This document shows positions 1 through 6,387 of a stretch of DNA of 33,288 nucleotides, in pieces; the first letter of the stretch is position 1; each line of letters starts with the position of its first letter. Below the pieces are notes generated by a model. It searched no databases, was not told the DNA's origin, and was given only the letters and a program-made list of their open reading frames with translations. Origin of the DNA: an uncultured Pseudomonadales bacterium (GTDB lineage: Bacteria > Patescibacteriota > Microgenomatia > UBA1400 > UBA12028); contig CAZWYZ010000002.1 of NCBI GenBank assembly GCA_964638785.1, forward strand, positions 5,022 through 38,309, written 5' to 3'. Made by a program: the position numbers and the translations under genes.

Positions 1-2
1 AC

Positions 3-260
3 GTGTCATTCCGCGAGTTTTCGGTTTTCTTTCATGATGAGTTAAAGACGTTTTGGTCTGAAGTTACTTCAATTCCTCTCACTCAGTTCAATAAATCATA
101 CAGAAAAACAAACACTGGTAAGACGAAAAAAGCAGGTTATCAGGGCTGTGCCAGCATTTATTACTATGATGCAAAAATTGCGAAAGAGCTAACAGCCCTA
201 TATAATGCACTTTACCCCTGGGCATTGAAAGTCAATCTCCGTCCAGGACCAAATACATAG
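3..260 (+). CDS. C-terminal fragment of a LAGLIDADG-type homing-endonuclease-like protein (5' end outside the window)
   Basis: The ORF runs in from the window edge. The segment FWSEVTSIPLTQFNKSYRKT...GCASIYYYDAKIAKEL resembles LAGLIDADG_3-type repeats as I recall them; no search was done. The stop TAG at 258-260 overlaps the first 2 nt of the tRNA. Confidence 0.35.
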   Translation: MSFREFSVFFHDELKTFWSEVTSIPLTQFNKSYRKTNTGKTKKAGYQGCASIYYYDAKIAKELTALYNALYPWALKVNLRPGPNT

Positions 261-329
261 GGCTATGATGAAATGGTATCATTCCGGTCTCCAAAACCGT
301 ATTTCCAGGTTCGAATCCTGGTAGCCCTG
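259..329 (+). tRNA. trnW: tRNA-Trp (anticodon CCA)
   Basis: Manual cloverleaf. Acceptor AGGGCTA (259-265) pairs with TAGCCCT (322-328). D stem ATGA/TCAT. Anticodon stem CGGT/ACCG with loop CTCCAAA (anticodon 291-293). T arm CCAGG-TTCGAAT-CCTGG (305-321). Discriminator G329. CCA is not encoded. Confidence 0.85.
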
Positions 330-346
330 CAAACAGGCTCGAACCT
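307..346 (+). repeat. Junction J0: array-proximal att-like site made of the tRNA T-loop/acceptor 3' half plus the right box
   Basis: AGGTTCGA (307-314) is the exact reverse complement of TCGAACCT (339-346). An inner CCTG (317-320) pairs with CAGG (334-337). The layout matches the cassette junction repeats. Confidence 0.6.
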
Positions 347-420
347 AAATAATAGATTGCAATATCAATCTAATAGTGGTCGATTTTTGTCTCTATTCCT
401 TCCGTCCTTCTTTTGTTTGA

Positions 421-426
421 TATACT
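421..426 (+). promoter_or_regulatory. -10 hexamer TATACT, 6 nt upstream of ATG 433 (leaderless layout)
   Basis: tTGaTATACT followed by cttgtc and ATG; no SD. Confidence 0.5.
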
Positions 427-432
427 CTTGTC

Positions 433-876
433 ATGGCAAAGGAACAAATGGAAGACAAGTATCAAAGCGGAACATTAAAGGAATATAAACACTGGGTTCT
501 GACTGTTAGCTTCAGACAGACTACGTTAGGAAGTTACATTATCCTAGCCAAGCGACCGATGGAACGCATTACAGAACTATCTGATGATGAGCTTCTAGAA
601 TTACGGCTAGCCATGTCAGAAATGGAAAGAGTTCTACTACAAGCTGATGGTTTCAAGCCTGATCGGTTTAACTATCTTCAACTGGGAAACTCGCTTCATC
701 AACTTCATTTTCATGGTGTTCCAAGATATGCATCGCCTAGATTTTATGCTGAAAAGGAATGGATAGATCACCGATACGGAACAACCCCTCTTATTGTCTC
801 GAAGAGCGAAGAGTCTGAAGAGAGTCTTGTACGTCAAATACGAGATGCATTGAAGCCATTATTTGAAAGTATATAG
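433..876 (+). CDS. HIT (histidine triad) family hydrolase, cassette 1
   Basis: Contains the histidine-triad-like motif LHQLHFHGVPRY and has a HIT-sized fold length (147 aa). The stop TAG is the first 3 nt of TAGGTTC in J1. Confidence 0.7.
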   Translation: MAKEQMEDKYQSGTLKEYKHWVLTVSFRQTTLGSYIILAKRPMERITELSDDELLELRLAMSEMERVLLQADGFKPDRFNYLQLGNSLHQLHFHGVPRYASPRFYAEKEWIDHRYGTTPLIVSKSEESEESLVRQIRDALKPLFESI

Positions 877-919
877 GTTCTGACATCCTCCATGAGTCCC
901 TGCAAATAGGCTCGAACCT
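875..919 (+). repeat. Junction J1 (left box plus right box, short type)
   Basis: Sequence AGGTTCTGACATCCTCCATGAGTCCCTGCAAATAGGCTCGAACCT. Its 3' two thirds are nearly identical to the tRNA 3' end and flank (CCCTGCAAACAGGCTCGAACCT). Confidence 0.8.
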
Positions 920-992
920 TAATAATAGGTGAGCAAATCAATCCAAAATTAGTGATTTTTTACTCCATTCCTTCCGTCCTTGATTAGTTTGA

Positions 993-998
993 TATACT
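993..998 (+). promoter_or_regulatory. -10 hexamer TATACT, 7 nt upstream of ATG 1006
   Basis: tTGaTATACT followed by ttgaact and ATG; no SD. Confidence 0.5.
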
Positions 999-1005
999 TT
1001 GAACT

Positions 1006-1344
1006 ATGCGTTCAGAACTATTTCCACGTCAGCTTGACTCCGAAGGAAATCTCGGCCGGGCGAAAGATATATGTGTCGTTGCAGCAGAAAGAACATTTAA
1101 AGAGAGGTGGGGTAAAGATACGAATCCCATGATTGTGCAAATGATTATCTTTGGAGCACTTCAGGATCACTGGTATTATCGTTCTGATCAGTGGGTTGAT
1201 CAGCCATATTCTTTGCCTGCGATGTTTACACAGCCATATAGGGGAGACCCACAGTTTGCGTATCCGTGGTTGTATGGAGAAGGCACATTTCAAAGGGATG
1301 ATGAGTTAACAGAATTAATGGTTGAAGAACTCTCAACCAAATAG
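1006..1344 (+). CDS. hypothetical protein, cassette 2 (paralog of 7560..7904)
   Basis: Shares the blocks ERWGKDTNPMIVQM, DHWYYRSDQW and QPY with the 7560 ORF. The stop TAG lies in J2. Confidence 0.65.
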   Translation: MRSELFPRQLDSEGNLGRAKDICVVAAERTFKERWGKDTNPMIVQMIIFGALQDHWYYRSDQWVDQPYSLPAMFTQPYRGDPQFAYPWLYGEGTFQRDDELTELMVEELSTK

Positions 1345-1450
1345 GTTCTGACGTCCTCTACTAAGCCCTGCTTCACTGTTTCTGACACATTTCCCCTCAA
1401 GAAAAACAGGTTCGAGCCTTGGATAGACACAAGGAATTTGTTCGAACCTA
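1343..1450 (+). repeat. Junction J2 (108-nt composite type: left box, spacer, second T-arm-like module)
   Basis: A diverged left box AGGTTCTGACGTCCTCTACTAAGCCCTGC is followed by AGGTTCGAGCCTTGGATAGACACAAGGAATTTGTTCGAACCTA, which is identical to the same block in J6. Confidence 0.8.
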
Positions 1451-1453
1451 AGC

Positions 1454-1459
1454 TATAAT
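1454..1459 (+). promoter_or_regulatory. -10 hexamer TATAAT, 6 nt upstream of ATG 1466
   Basis: TATAAT followed by gagcga and ATG; no SD. Confidence 0.5.
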
Positions 1460-1465
1460 GAGCGA

Positions 1466-2203
1466 ATGGAAAAGGAAAAACTTTCCCCAGTAGAACAAAC
1501 GGCAATTCGTGCATCTGAAATCTTCAAAAAACTTCCTTTGGCATACAAGAGACTGATAATGTTTGCAGACTGGCTTATGGTGCTGGATGGAATGAAAGCA
1601 GCGACTGATTACGCATTCTTGGGTAACACTTGGGATGAGAATGAGTTCCAAATCTTCAAGCAAACGCTAGAGTCAGCAGGGATTAAAGTGTCGGATGTTC
1701 ACACGCGATATTTCAAAGATAATATTCCGTTTAGGAGTGGACACATCTATAACCCGCGAGCATTGGCAGCTCAGACTGCTCACTCTGAGATGATCCCTCC
1801 ATTCGATGTATCATCAACTTTTGATGAATATGAGCATATGCTAAAAGAAAGTGGAGTGCCCGACGGGATAATATACGGGAAACTCTATTCATTTCCCGAG
1901 TCTGCTATCAAAGATTATCTGAAAGGTAGTGGACATGAACTCACGGATACTAATAGAGTTGGTCTAGGGCAGGGCAATGAAAGTTACTGGGCATACTCAC
2001 CTTTACAGGATGATGTCATTGAGAGAGAGAAGGCTAGTGAGATTTTTCTTTCTAAAATTGAGCAGAATCCATTAATGAAACGAATTTATGAAAGTGAGGA
2101 GCTGAAAGCTTCTGACAAAGAATGGAGCCGAAGACTATCTAAGCTTACAAAACAAACTCTAATTCAGCGACTCGGAACAAAGCTTCGTTCACTAAGAAGA
2201 TAG
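1466..2203 (+). CDS. hypothetical protein (245 aa), cassette 3
   Basis: Long ORF with the promoter-ATG layout; no family recognised. The stop TAG lies in J3. Confidence 0.6.
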   Translation: MEKEKLSPVEQTAIRASEIFKKLPLAYKRLIMFADWLMVLDGMKAATDYAFLGNTWDENEFQIFKQTLESAGIKVSDVHTRYFKDNIPFRSGHIYNPRALAAQTAHSEMIPPFDVSSTFDEYEHMLKESGVPDGIIYGKLYSFPESAIKDYLKGSGHELTDTNRVGLGQGNESYWAYSPLQDDVIEREKASEIFLSKIEQNPLMKRIYESEELKASDKEWSRRLSKLTKQTLIQRLGTKLRSLRR

Positions 2204-2284
2204 GTTCGAACATCCTCCACGAGTCCCTGCAAATGGATTTTCCTCGAGTGAAAAAATAGGGGCACAAGGAAGGCTCGAACCTAA
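2202..2284 (+). repeat. Junction J3 (83-nt type with central CTCGAG)
   Basis: Perfect left box AGGTTCGAACATCCTCCACGAGTCCCTGCAAAT and right box GGCTCGAACCTAA. It differs from J4 at about 5 of 83 positions by eye. Confidence 0.85.
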
Positions 2285-2286
2285 TA

Positions 2287-2292
2287 TATACT
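2287..2292 (+). promoter_or_regulatory. -10 hexamer TATACT, 6 nt upstream of ATG 2299
   Basis: TATACT followed by ttagga and ATG. Confidence 0.5.
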
Positions 2293-2298
2293 TTAGGA

Positions 2299-2817
2299 AT
2301 GCTTACCCCTGCTCATATTGCTTCTTCATATCTCCTAAGTCAGGTTCCTTGTTTGTTCGGTCAACCTCTCAGTTCTTACGATGTCACCACTGTGATTTTA
2401 GCAGGGAACGTGCTTGATTTGGATTTCCTACTTGGATACTTGCGAAATAAAAAAGGTGACGATCACCATAATTTCGTCACACATACACCGTTATTTGTTT
2501 TTGTTGTTTGGACTATTTGTTTGCTACTCTTTCCACACATATTCAGTTCACTTTTATGGATGTTGATATTTGTTTCTGCAATGATACATCTGGGTCTAGA
2601 TGATATTGGATACTGGTTTTGCAGGTTCGAGTGGCAAAAGATTAGCAAGTATCCTCAAATAAACTGGCTATATCCTTTCGCTCCGTTTCAATCTAGAAAA
2701 TATCACGGGACAAATCGGTCATTGCTCAAAGACTATTTCCAAAAGGCAAGAGTGAATGTGTTTCTGGAGGTGACTTTGATATTTTCAGCAATTGTAGTAT
2801 TTTTGACTATTAGGTAG
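2299..2817 (+). CDS. membrane-bound metal-dependent hydrolase (YdjM/DUF457-like), cassette 4
   Basis: Several hydrophobic segments. His/Asp motifs occur in the YdjM order: N-terminal H, DLD, HHNFVTHT, HLGLDD. The stop TAG lies in J4. Confidence 0.5.
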   Translation: MLTPAHIASSYLLSQVPCLFGQPLSSYDVTTVILAGNVLDLDFLLGYLRNKKGDDHHNFVTHTPLFVFVVWTICLLLFPHIFSSLLWMLIFVSAMIHLGLDDIGYWFCRFEWQKISKYPQINWLYPFAPFQSRKYHGTNRSLLKDYFQKARVNVFLEVTLIFSAIVVFLTIR

Positions 2818-2898
2818 GTTCGAACATCCTCCACGAGTCCCTGCAAATGGATTTACCTCGAGTAGAAAAATAGGGACTCAAGGAAGGCTCGAACCTAA
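2816..2898 (+). repeat. Junction J4 (83-nt type)
   Basis: Perfect left and right boxes. The internal arms GAGTCCCT and AGGGACTC are complementary, and the centre is CCTCGAG. Confidence 0.85.
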
Positions 2899-2914
2899 AC
2901 CAAGATGCAATTGA

Positions 2915-2920
2915 TATAAT
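2915..2920 (+). promoter_or_regulatory. -10 hexamer TATAAT, 6 nt upstream of ATG 2927
   Basis: tTGaTATAAT followed by ctcccg and ATG. Confidence 0.5.
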
Positions 2921-2926
2921 CTCCCG

Positions 2927-3595
2927 ATGATTAGAAGTGAAAAGTGGCTCCCCGCAACAATTGCTCGCTTCACTGAGAATTATTTATTTAGTGGAAGTTA
3001 CCAGTGTACATTCGATGAAACAAAAGAGAATCAAATGATTCTGATCCCAGGGATGGGCGCATCAGTGTCTCAACTCTTCCGACTTGTTGATTCTTTACGA
3101 GCAGATGCTGATTTCCAATCCTACGGAATTACAGCCGTACAGCTGGGTTTGAGTCTGGGTGCTTTTAAAGATACCTTATCAAATCTCGAATCCAAACTGG
3201 AATCAAAGGTTTTTTCAAATACAGCAATAAAGCAGGTTGTTCTTTATGGGCATAGTCATGGTGGGCGTTTTGCTTGCCAACTCGCAACAGATTTGCAGAC
3301 AAATCATCCAGGCATAAGTTTGAAAGTTATCACTGGTGGAACTCCAGTAGTAGAAAGGCCTTCATCCTTTAAAAATTGGCTACTTTCACTTTCCTTTAGA
3401 GAATGGCCATCTATCGAGCAACCTCAGATAAACGAATATTATTCACTCTATTCCAACTCTGATGAAATTGTTGATGAAGATGATGCCAGAAGAGGATCAA
3501 AAGCAACTTTAGTAGAACTACAAGACTTTTCTCATAGTGATTTTATAAACCCAGAGAAAATAATGCCTGTATTAAAAGATCTTTGCATCAAATAG
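2927..3595 (+). CDS. alpha/beta-hydrolase fold esterase/lipase-like protein, cassette 5
   Basis: Contains a nucleophile elbow GHSHGG (GxSxG) in a 222-aa protein. The stop TAG lies in J5. Confidence 0.6.
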   Translation: MIRSEKWLPATIARFTENYLFSGSYQCTFDETKENQMILIPGMGASVSQLFRLVDSLRADADFQSYGITAVQLGLSLGAFKDTLSNLESKLESKVFSNTAIKQVVLYGHSHGGRFACQLATDLQTNHPGISLKVITGGTPVVERPSSFKNWLLSLSFREWPSIEQPQINEYYSLYSNSDEIVDEDDARRGSKATLVELQDFSHSDFINPEKIMPVLKDLCIK

Positions 3596-3652
3596 GTTCG
3601 AACATCCTCCACGAGTCCCCGCAAATTTTAATAGATTGGTATATCAATCTAA
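3594..3652 (+). repeat. Junction J5 (left box plus AGATTG-N6-CAATCT mini-hairpin; no right box)
   Basis: Left box AGGTTCGAACATCCTCCACGAGTCCCCGCAAAT is followed by AATAGATTGGTATATCAATCTAA. The same hairpin follows the tRNA at 354-371. Confidence 0.8.
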
Positions 3653-3706
3653 AAATACATCTAAGTCACACACATCCCTTCTGCACCTCTTTTTTCTACT
3701 TAGCGT

Positions 3707-3712
3707 TATAAT
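3707..3712 (+). promoter_or_regulatory. -10 hexamer TATAAT, 6 nt upstream of ATG 3719
   Basis: TATAAT followed by tgctga and ATG. Confidence 0.5.
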
Positions 3713-3718
3713 TGCTGA

Positions 3719-4237
3719 ATGCCAAAAGAAATCTACATATTACGTCACGCTGAGAAAGACGATCTAGGAACATTAACTGATAAAGGGAGACAACAAGCCA
3801 CTGAGCTTCGAGACAGACTTCCACAGTTTTCAAACGTAATTTCTTCTGAATCCAAAAGAGCCCAGGAAACTGCAACTCTTGTGACTGGCAAAGAACCAAA
3901 AGTAGATCCAAGAGCAGGGTTTTATATGGCTCACCCTGAAAAGAGTGATGAGTTAAACAGGATAGCTAAAGAAAAAGGAATACCATTTCTAGAAGCGGTT
4001 GTATTGCTAAACGATTCAGAAGTTCTAGCTGGTATAGATGATAAAGCAGGTCAGTTAAATGACTTGGTAAAAGAATTACTTGAAACTTTACCAGATGGAG
4101 CAAAAGCTATTATTATTTCTCATGACTTAAGTATCAGCCCAGCGATGCAGAAAAGGGGAGTTCCTCTTGAATCAATCCCATTCTTAAGCGGATACATCAT
4201 TGATGAAGAGGGGAAGATCTCCACTTTCACCCCATAG
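3719..4237 (+). CDS. histidine phosphatase (phosphoglycerate-mutase-like) family protein, cassette 6
   Basis: N-terminal IYILRHAEK (RHG-type motif) and a later ISHD histidine. It has its own TAG, 27 nt upstream of J6. Confidence 0.7.
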   Translation: MPKEIYILRHAEKDDLGTLTDKGRQQATELRDRLPQFSNVISSESKRAQETATLVTGKEPKVDPRAGFYMAHPEKSDELNRIAKEKGIPFLEAVVLLNDSEVLAGIDDKAGQLNDLVKELLETLPDGAKAIIISHDLSISPAMQKRGVPLESIPFLSGYIIDEEGKISTFTP

Positions 4238-4264
4238 TAAGAGAAGTATTTTTCATTGTTAAAT

Positions 4265-4372
4265 AGGTTCGAACATCCTCCACGAGTCCCTGCTTCACAG
4301 TTTTTGACTTTTCTTCCCTCAAGCAAAAGAGGTTCGAGCCTTGGATAGACACAAGGAATTTGTTCGAACCTA
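4265..4372 (+). repeat. Junction J6 (108-nt composite type, sister of J2)
   Basis: The left box is near consensus (AGGTTCGAACATCCTCCACGAGTCCCTGC, then TTCAC in place of AAAT). It is followed by the 43-nt block AGGTTCGAGCCTTGGATAGACACAAGGAATTTGTTCGAACCTA, identical to J2. Confidence 0.85.
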
Positions 4373-4375
4373 CGG

Positions 4376-4381
4376 TATAAT
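4376..4381 (+). promoter_or_regulatory. -10 hexamer TATAAT, 6 nt upstream of ATG 4388
   Basis: CTACGGTATAAT followed by ctatac and ATG. Confidence 0.5.
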
Positions 4382-4387
4382 CTATAC

Positions 4388-4939
4388 ATGAGCACAAGCT
4401 TTTTGTTTATCCTTGAAAAAAACTTATCCTCCATACAAAAAGAGCAAATCGGGAAATTCAATGAAGAATCATTTGGAGATGTTTCACTGGAAGAAAAAGA
4501 AGAGAACTTCATTGCAAAACCATTTGCAAGACTTATCGCCTATCTAGATGGGATTCCAGTTGGGACACTGCAACTATTCAAACGAGAGAACAGGTTTGCT
4601 AGTAAGAGTTTTATGCTTGGTGGTATCGGAGGTGTTTGCGTGACAGAAAAGCATCGGAAGAAGGGAATAGGCAAGGAGCTTATACAGAAAGCATTAGAAA
4701 TACTTCGCAATGAGCACTGTGATGTAGCTTGTTTGAATGTGGATTCAAAGAAACTTGCATTTAAGCTCTATGAAAAGGTTGGTTTTGTACTTATGGATAG
4801 AGACGCTTCATTTGAAAACAGTAAAGGAGAAATCATTTACGAGCCCGGTACGATGTTTGCCCCTGTACTTTCCCAGAGCATTTTTGCTCTTATTATGCAA
4901 AGTAGTGAGACTTTTCACTACGGTGTTGGGTATTGGTAA
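4388..4939 (+). CDS. GNAT family N-acetyltransferase, cassette 7
   Basis: Acetyl-CoA motif A: VCVTEKHRKKGIGKELIQKA. The C-terminal YEKVGF is typical of GNATs. Confidence 0.75.
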   Translation: MSTSFLFILEKNLSSIQKEQIGKFNEESFGDVSLEEKEENFIAKPFARLIAYLDGIPVGTLQLFKRENRFASKSFMLGGIGGVCVTEKHRKKGIGKELIQKALEILRNEHCDVACLNVDSKKLAFKLYEKVGFVLMDRDASFENSKGEIIYEPGTMFAPVLSQSIFALIMQSSETFHYGVGYW

Positions 4940-4942
4940 GAT

Positions 4943-4975
4943 AGGTTCGAACATCTTCCACGAATCCATGCAAAT
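4943..4975 (+). repeat. Junction J7 (left box only, 4 substitutions)
   Basis: Sequence AGGTTCGAACATCTTCCACGAATCCATGCAAAT, 3 nt after the TAA stop. Confidence 0.75.
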
Positions 4976-5010
4976 AAGCTTCACTCTAATACTTTGTTTT
5001 GATTCTACGG

Positions 5011-5016
5011 TATAAT
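5011..5016 (+). promoter_or_regulatory. -10 hexamer TATAAT, 6 nt upstream of ATG 5023
   Basis: CTACGGTATAAT followed by tttgca and ATG. The 12-nt block is the same as upstream of 4388. Confidence 0.5.
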
Positions 5017-5022
5017 TTTGCA

Positions 5023-5619
5023 ATGAATAAAGACTCTGACCAACGACTGCTTCACGATGTTGATTCTCAGGCTGAAAAAGAATTAGAGCAAATACGGAAA
5101 GCTGTACCTGAATCTGAAATTCTTAAGATTGGCGAAAATCCAGAACAGTACACTATAAAAGTCTCCTTGCCACACATGTGTAGTATTACTGGAATTCTGG
5201 TCTACCCTACTTCAATCTCCAATGAGAGTAATTTGTATGTCAATATGTTCAATTTACCTGAAGAATTTCAGCAAAAAGGAATAGGGCAAAGACTTTTACG
5301 GTCGCTTGTCGTTTGTGCAAAAACATATGGAGCGACTACGCTTAGCGGAAACGTAACAAGTAAGTCAGCTCTCAAAACTCGTGCTAGAGTCTTTGGACAA
5401 GATAAACTTACTTATTACTCTCGGACTGGATTAGGGAAAAAGGGCGATGAAATAGATAGATCCTATGATGAAATACTCACAAAGCTACCAAATTCGATCA
5501 TTGAAGATGGTGAAGAGGTTGATTTCAGTTGCTTTGTAGATGTGGATTTAAATGGAGTAGATACCCTAGGCTGGGAATTGCCTATTCCTAAAAAAGATGA
5601 TGAGGAGAAGCAGACGTAA
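5023..5619 (+). CDS. GNAT-like protein (weak), cassette 8
   Basis: Start moved from the TTG at 4999 to the ATG at 5023 to fit the -10 layout. QQKGIGQRLLRSL resembles GNAT motif A; otherwise unrecognised. Confidence 0.4.
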   Translation: MNKDSDQRLLHDVDSQAEKELEQIRKAVPESEILKIGENPEQYTIKVSLPHMCSITGILVYPTSISNESNLYVNMFNLPEEFQQKGIGQRLLRSLVVCAKTYGATTLSGNVTSKSALKTRARVFGQDKLTYYSRTGLGKKGDEIDRSYDEILTKLPNSIIEDGEEVDFSCFVDVDLNGVDTLGWELPIPKKDDEEKQT

Positions 5620-5623
5620 GCAA

Positions 5624-5659
5624 GGAGGTTCAAACATCCTCCACGAGTCTTTGCATCAG
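5624..5659 (+). repeat. Junction J8 (left box variant with a full T-arm-like stem)
   Basis: GGAGG-TTCAAACAT-CCTCC is followed by ACGAGTCTTTGCATCAG. The 5-bp stem is 5624-5628 with 5638-5642. Confidence 0.7.
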
Positions 5660-5688
5660 TTTTCATTTGCAATGCTAGTTGAGAGAAT

Positions 5689-6261
5689 CTAGAGTATTCC
5701 TTTTTCTGTCAGATCCTCAAGTAAATGAGGATACTTCAACTCTATATAAGCTTTTGCTTTATTGTGCGCAGGTTTCTGCTCAAGTCCCAGTTCAATTGAA
5801 AAGCGACGTATGTCTTCTTTTGCAGTTTCTAAATTTGTATCTGCAGAATATTCGATTTCACAGACGCTATACCCAAAATCGGTGATGTCTACATCAACCG
5901 TGAATGAATCTCTTTGAAATGTATATCGAGTTGTTTTCATTTGAATGGAAGGTAAGAGATTTGATTTAATCCAGTTGGACAAGACTGCATCCTTTGGCAC
6001 ATCAAGAAAAGCCTTTATTTCTTCTTCAGTTGTAAGTTCTAAATATACCTCCAACTGCTTGCCTCGTTCTTCAGGCTTTCTATATTTTAGTTCAAACGAA
6101 CCATTTCGCTCGCGAACCCAAGTGTCATTCCTAAGATACCTGAAATCTATTGTGTCAAAGTATGTTTCCACTAGTTCTTTTACTTTTACCTGTAGAAGTT
6201 TTTGCTGAAGCGAGGGGAGAAGCATCTGAGAAAAAGGGAATTGCTGTTCAACTTCTATCAT
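5689..6261 (-). CDS. CYTH domain protein (thiamine-triphosphatase-like), cassette 9, inverted orientation
   Basis: MIEVEQQF (EXEXK-type start), YFDT, DVDITDFGYSVCEIEY and KAKAYIELKYPHLL parallel the mammalian ThTPase/CYTH motifs. Start set at M49 of the tracked ORF so that it does not read through J9. Confidence 0.75.
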   Translation of the reverse strand: MIEVEQQFPFSQMLLPSLQQKLLQVKVKELVETYFDTIDFRYLRNDTWVRERNGSFELKYRKPEERGKQLEVYLELTTEEEIKAFLDVPKDAVLSNWIKSNLLPSIQMKTTRYTFQRDSFTVDVDITDFGYSVCEIEYSADTNLETAKEDIRRFSIELGLEQKPAHNKAKAYIELKYPHLLEDLTEKGIL

Positions 6262-6267
6262 ATCGAT

Positions 6268-6273
6268 AGTATA
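6268..6273 (-). promoter_or_regulatory. -10 hexamer TATACT (minus strand), 6 nt upstream of ATG 6261
   Basis: The minus strand reads TATACT, atcgat, ATG. Confidence 0.5.
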
Positions 6274-6289
6274 GCAATCTTCAGGAAGC

Positions 6290-6342
6290 AGGTTGGAACA
6301 TCCTTCACGAGTCCTCGTATCAACTTTTAAGCTCGAAAAATA
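6290..6342 (+). repeat. Junction J9 (diverged left box plus degenerate right box)
   Basis: AGGTTGGAACATCCTTCACGAGTCCTCG is followed by AAGCTCGAAAAATA. It is in plus orientation although the preceding gene is on the minus strand. Confidence 0.65.
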
Positions 6343-6374
6343 CTTCGAAAATGGCTTTTTATAGCGACTGACAT

Positions 6375-6380
6375 TACAAT
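6375..6380 (+). promoter_or_regulatory. -10 hexamer TACAAT, 7 nt upstream of ATG 6388
   Basis: TACAAT followed by tgtctgt and ATG. Confidence 0.45.
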
Positions 6381-6387
6381 TGTCTGT

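Noticed and set aside
273-488. 71-aa ORF overlapping the tRNA-Trp gene and the cassette 1 promoter.
   Set aside because: It overlaps a well-supported tRNA, the J0 repeat and the promoter block. It is most likely a spurious ORF.
4120-4512. 130-aa minus-strand ORF spanning junction J6.
   Set aside because: It runs antisense across the end of one cassette gene, the 108-nt repeat and the start of the next gene. It has no start-site signal and is a shadow ORF.
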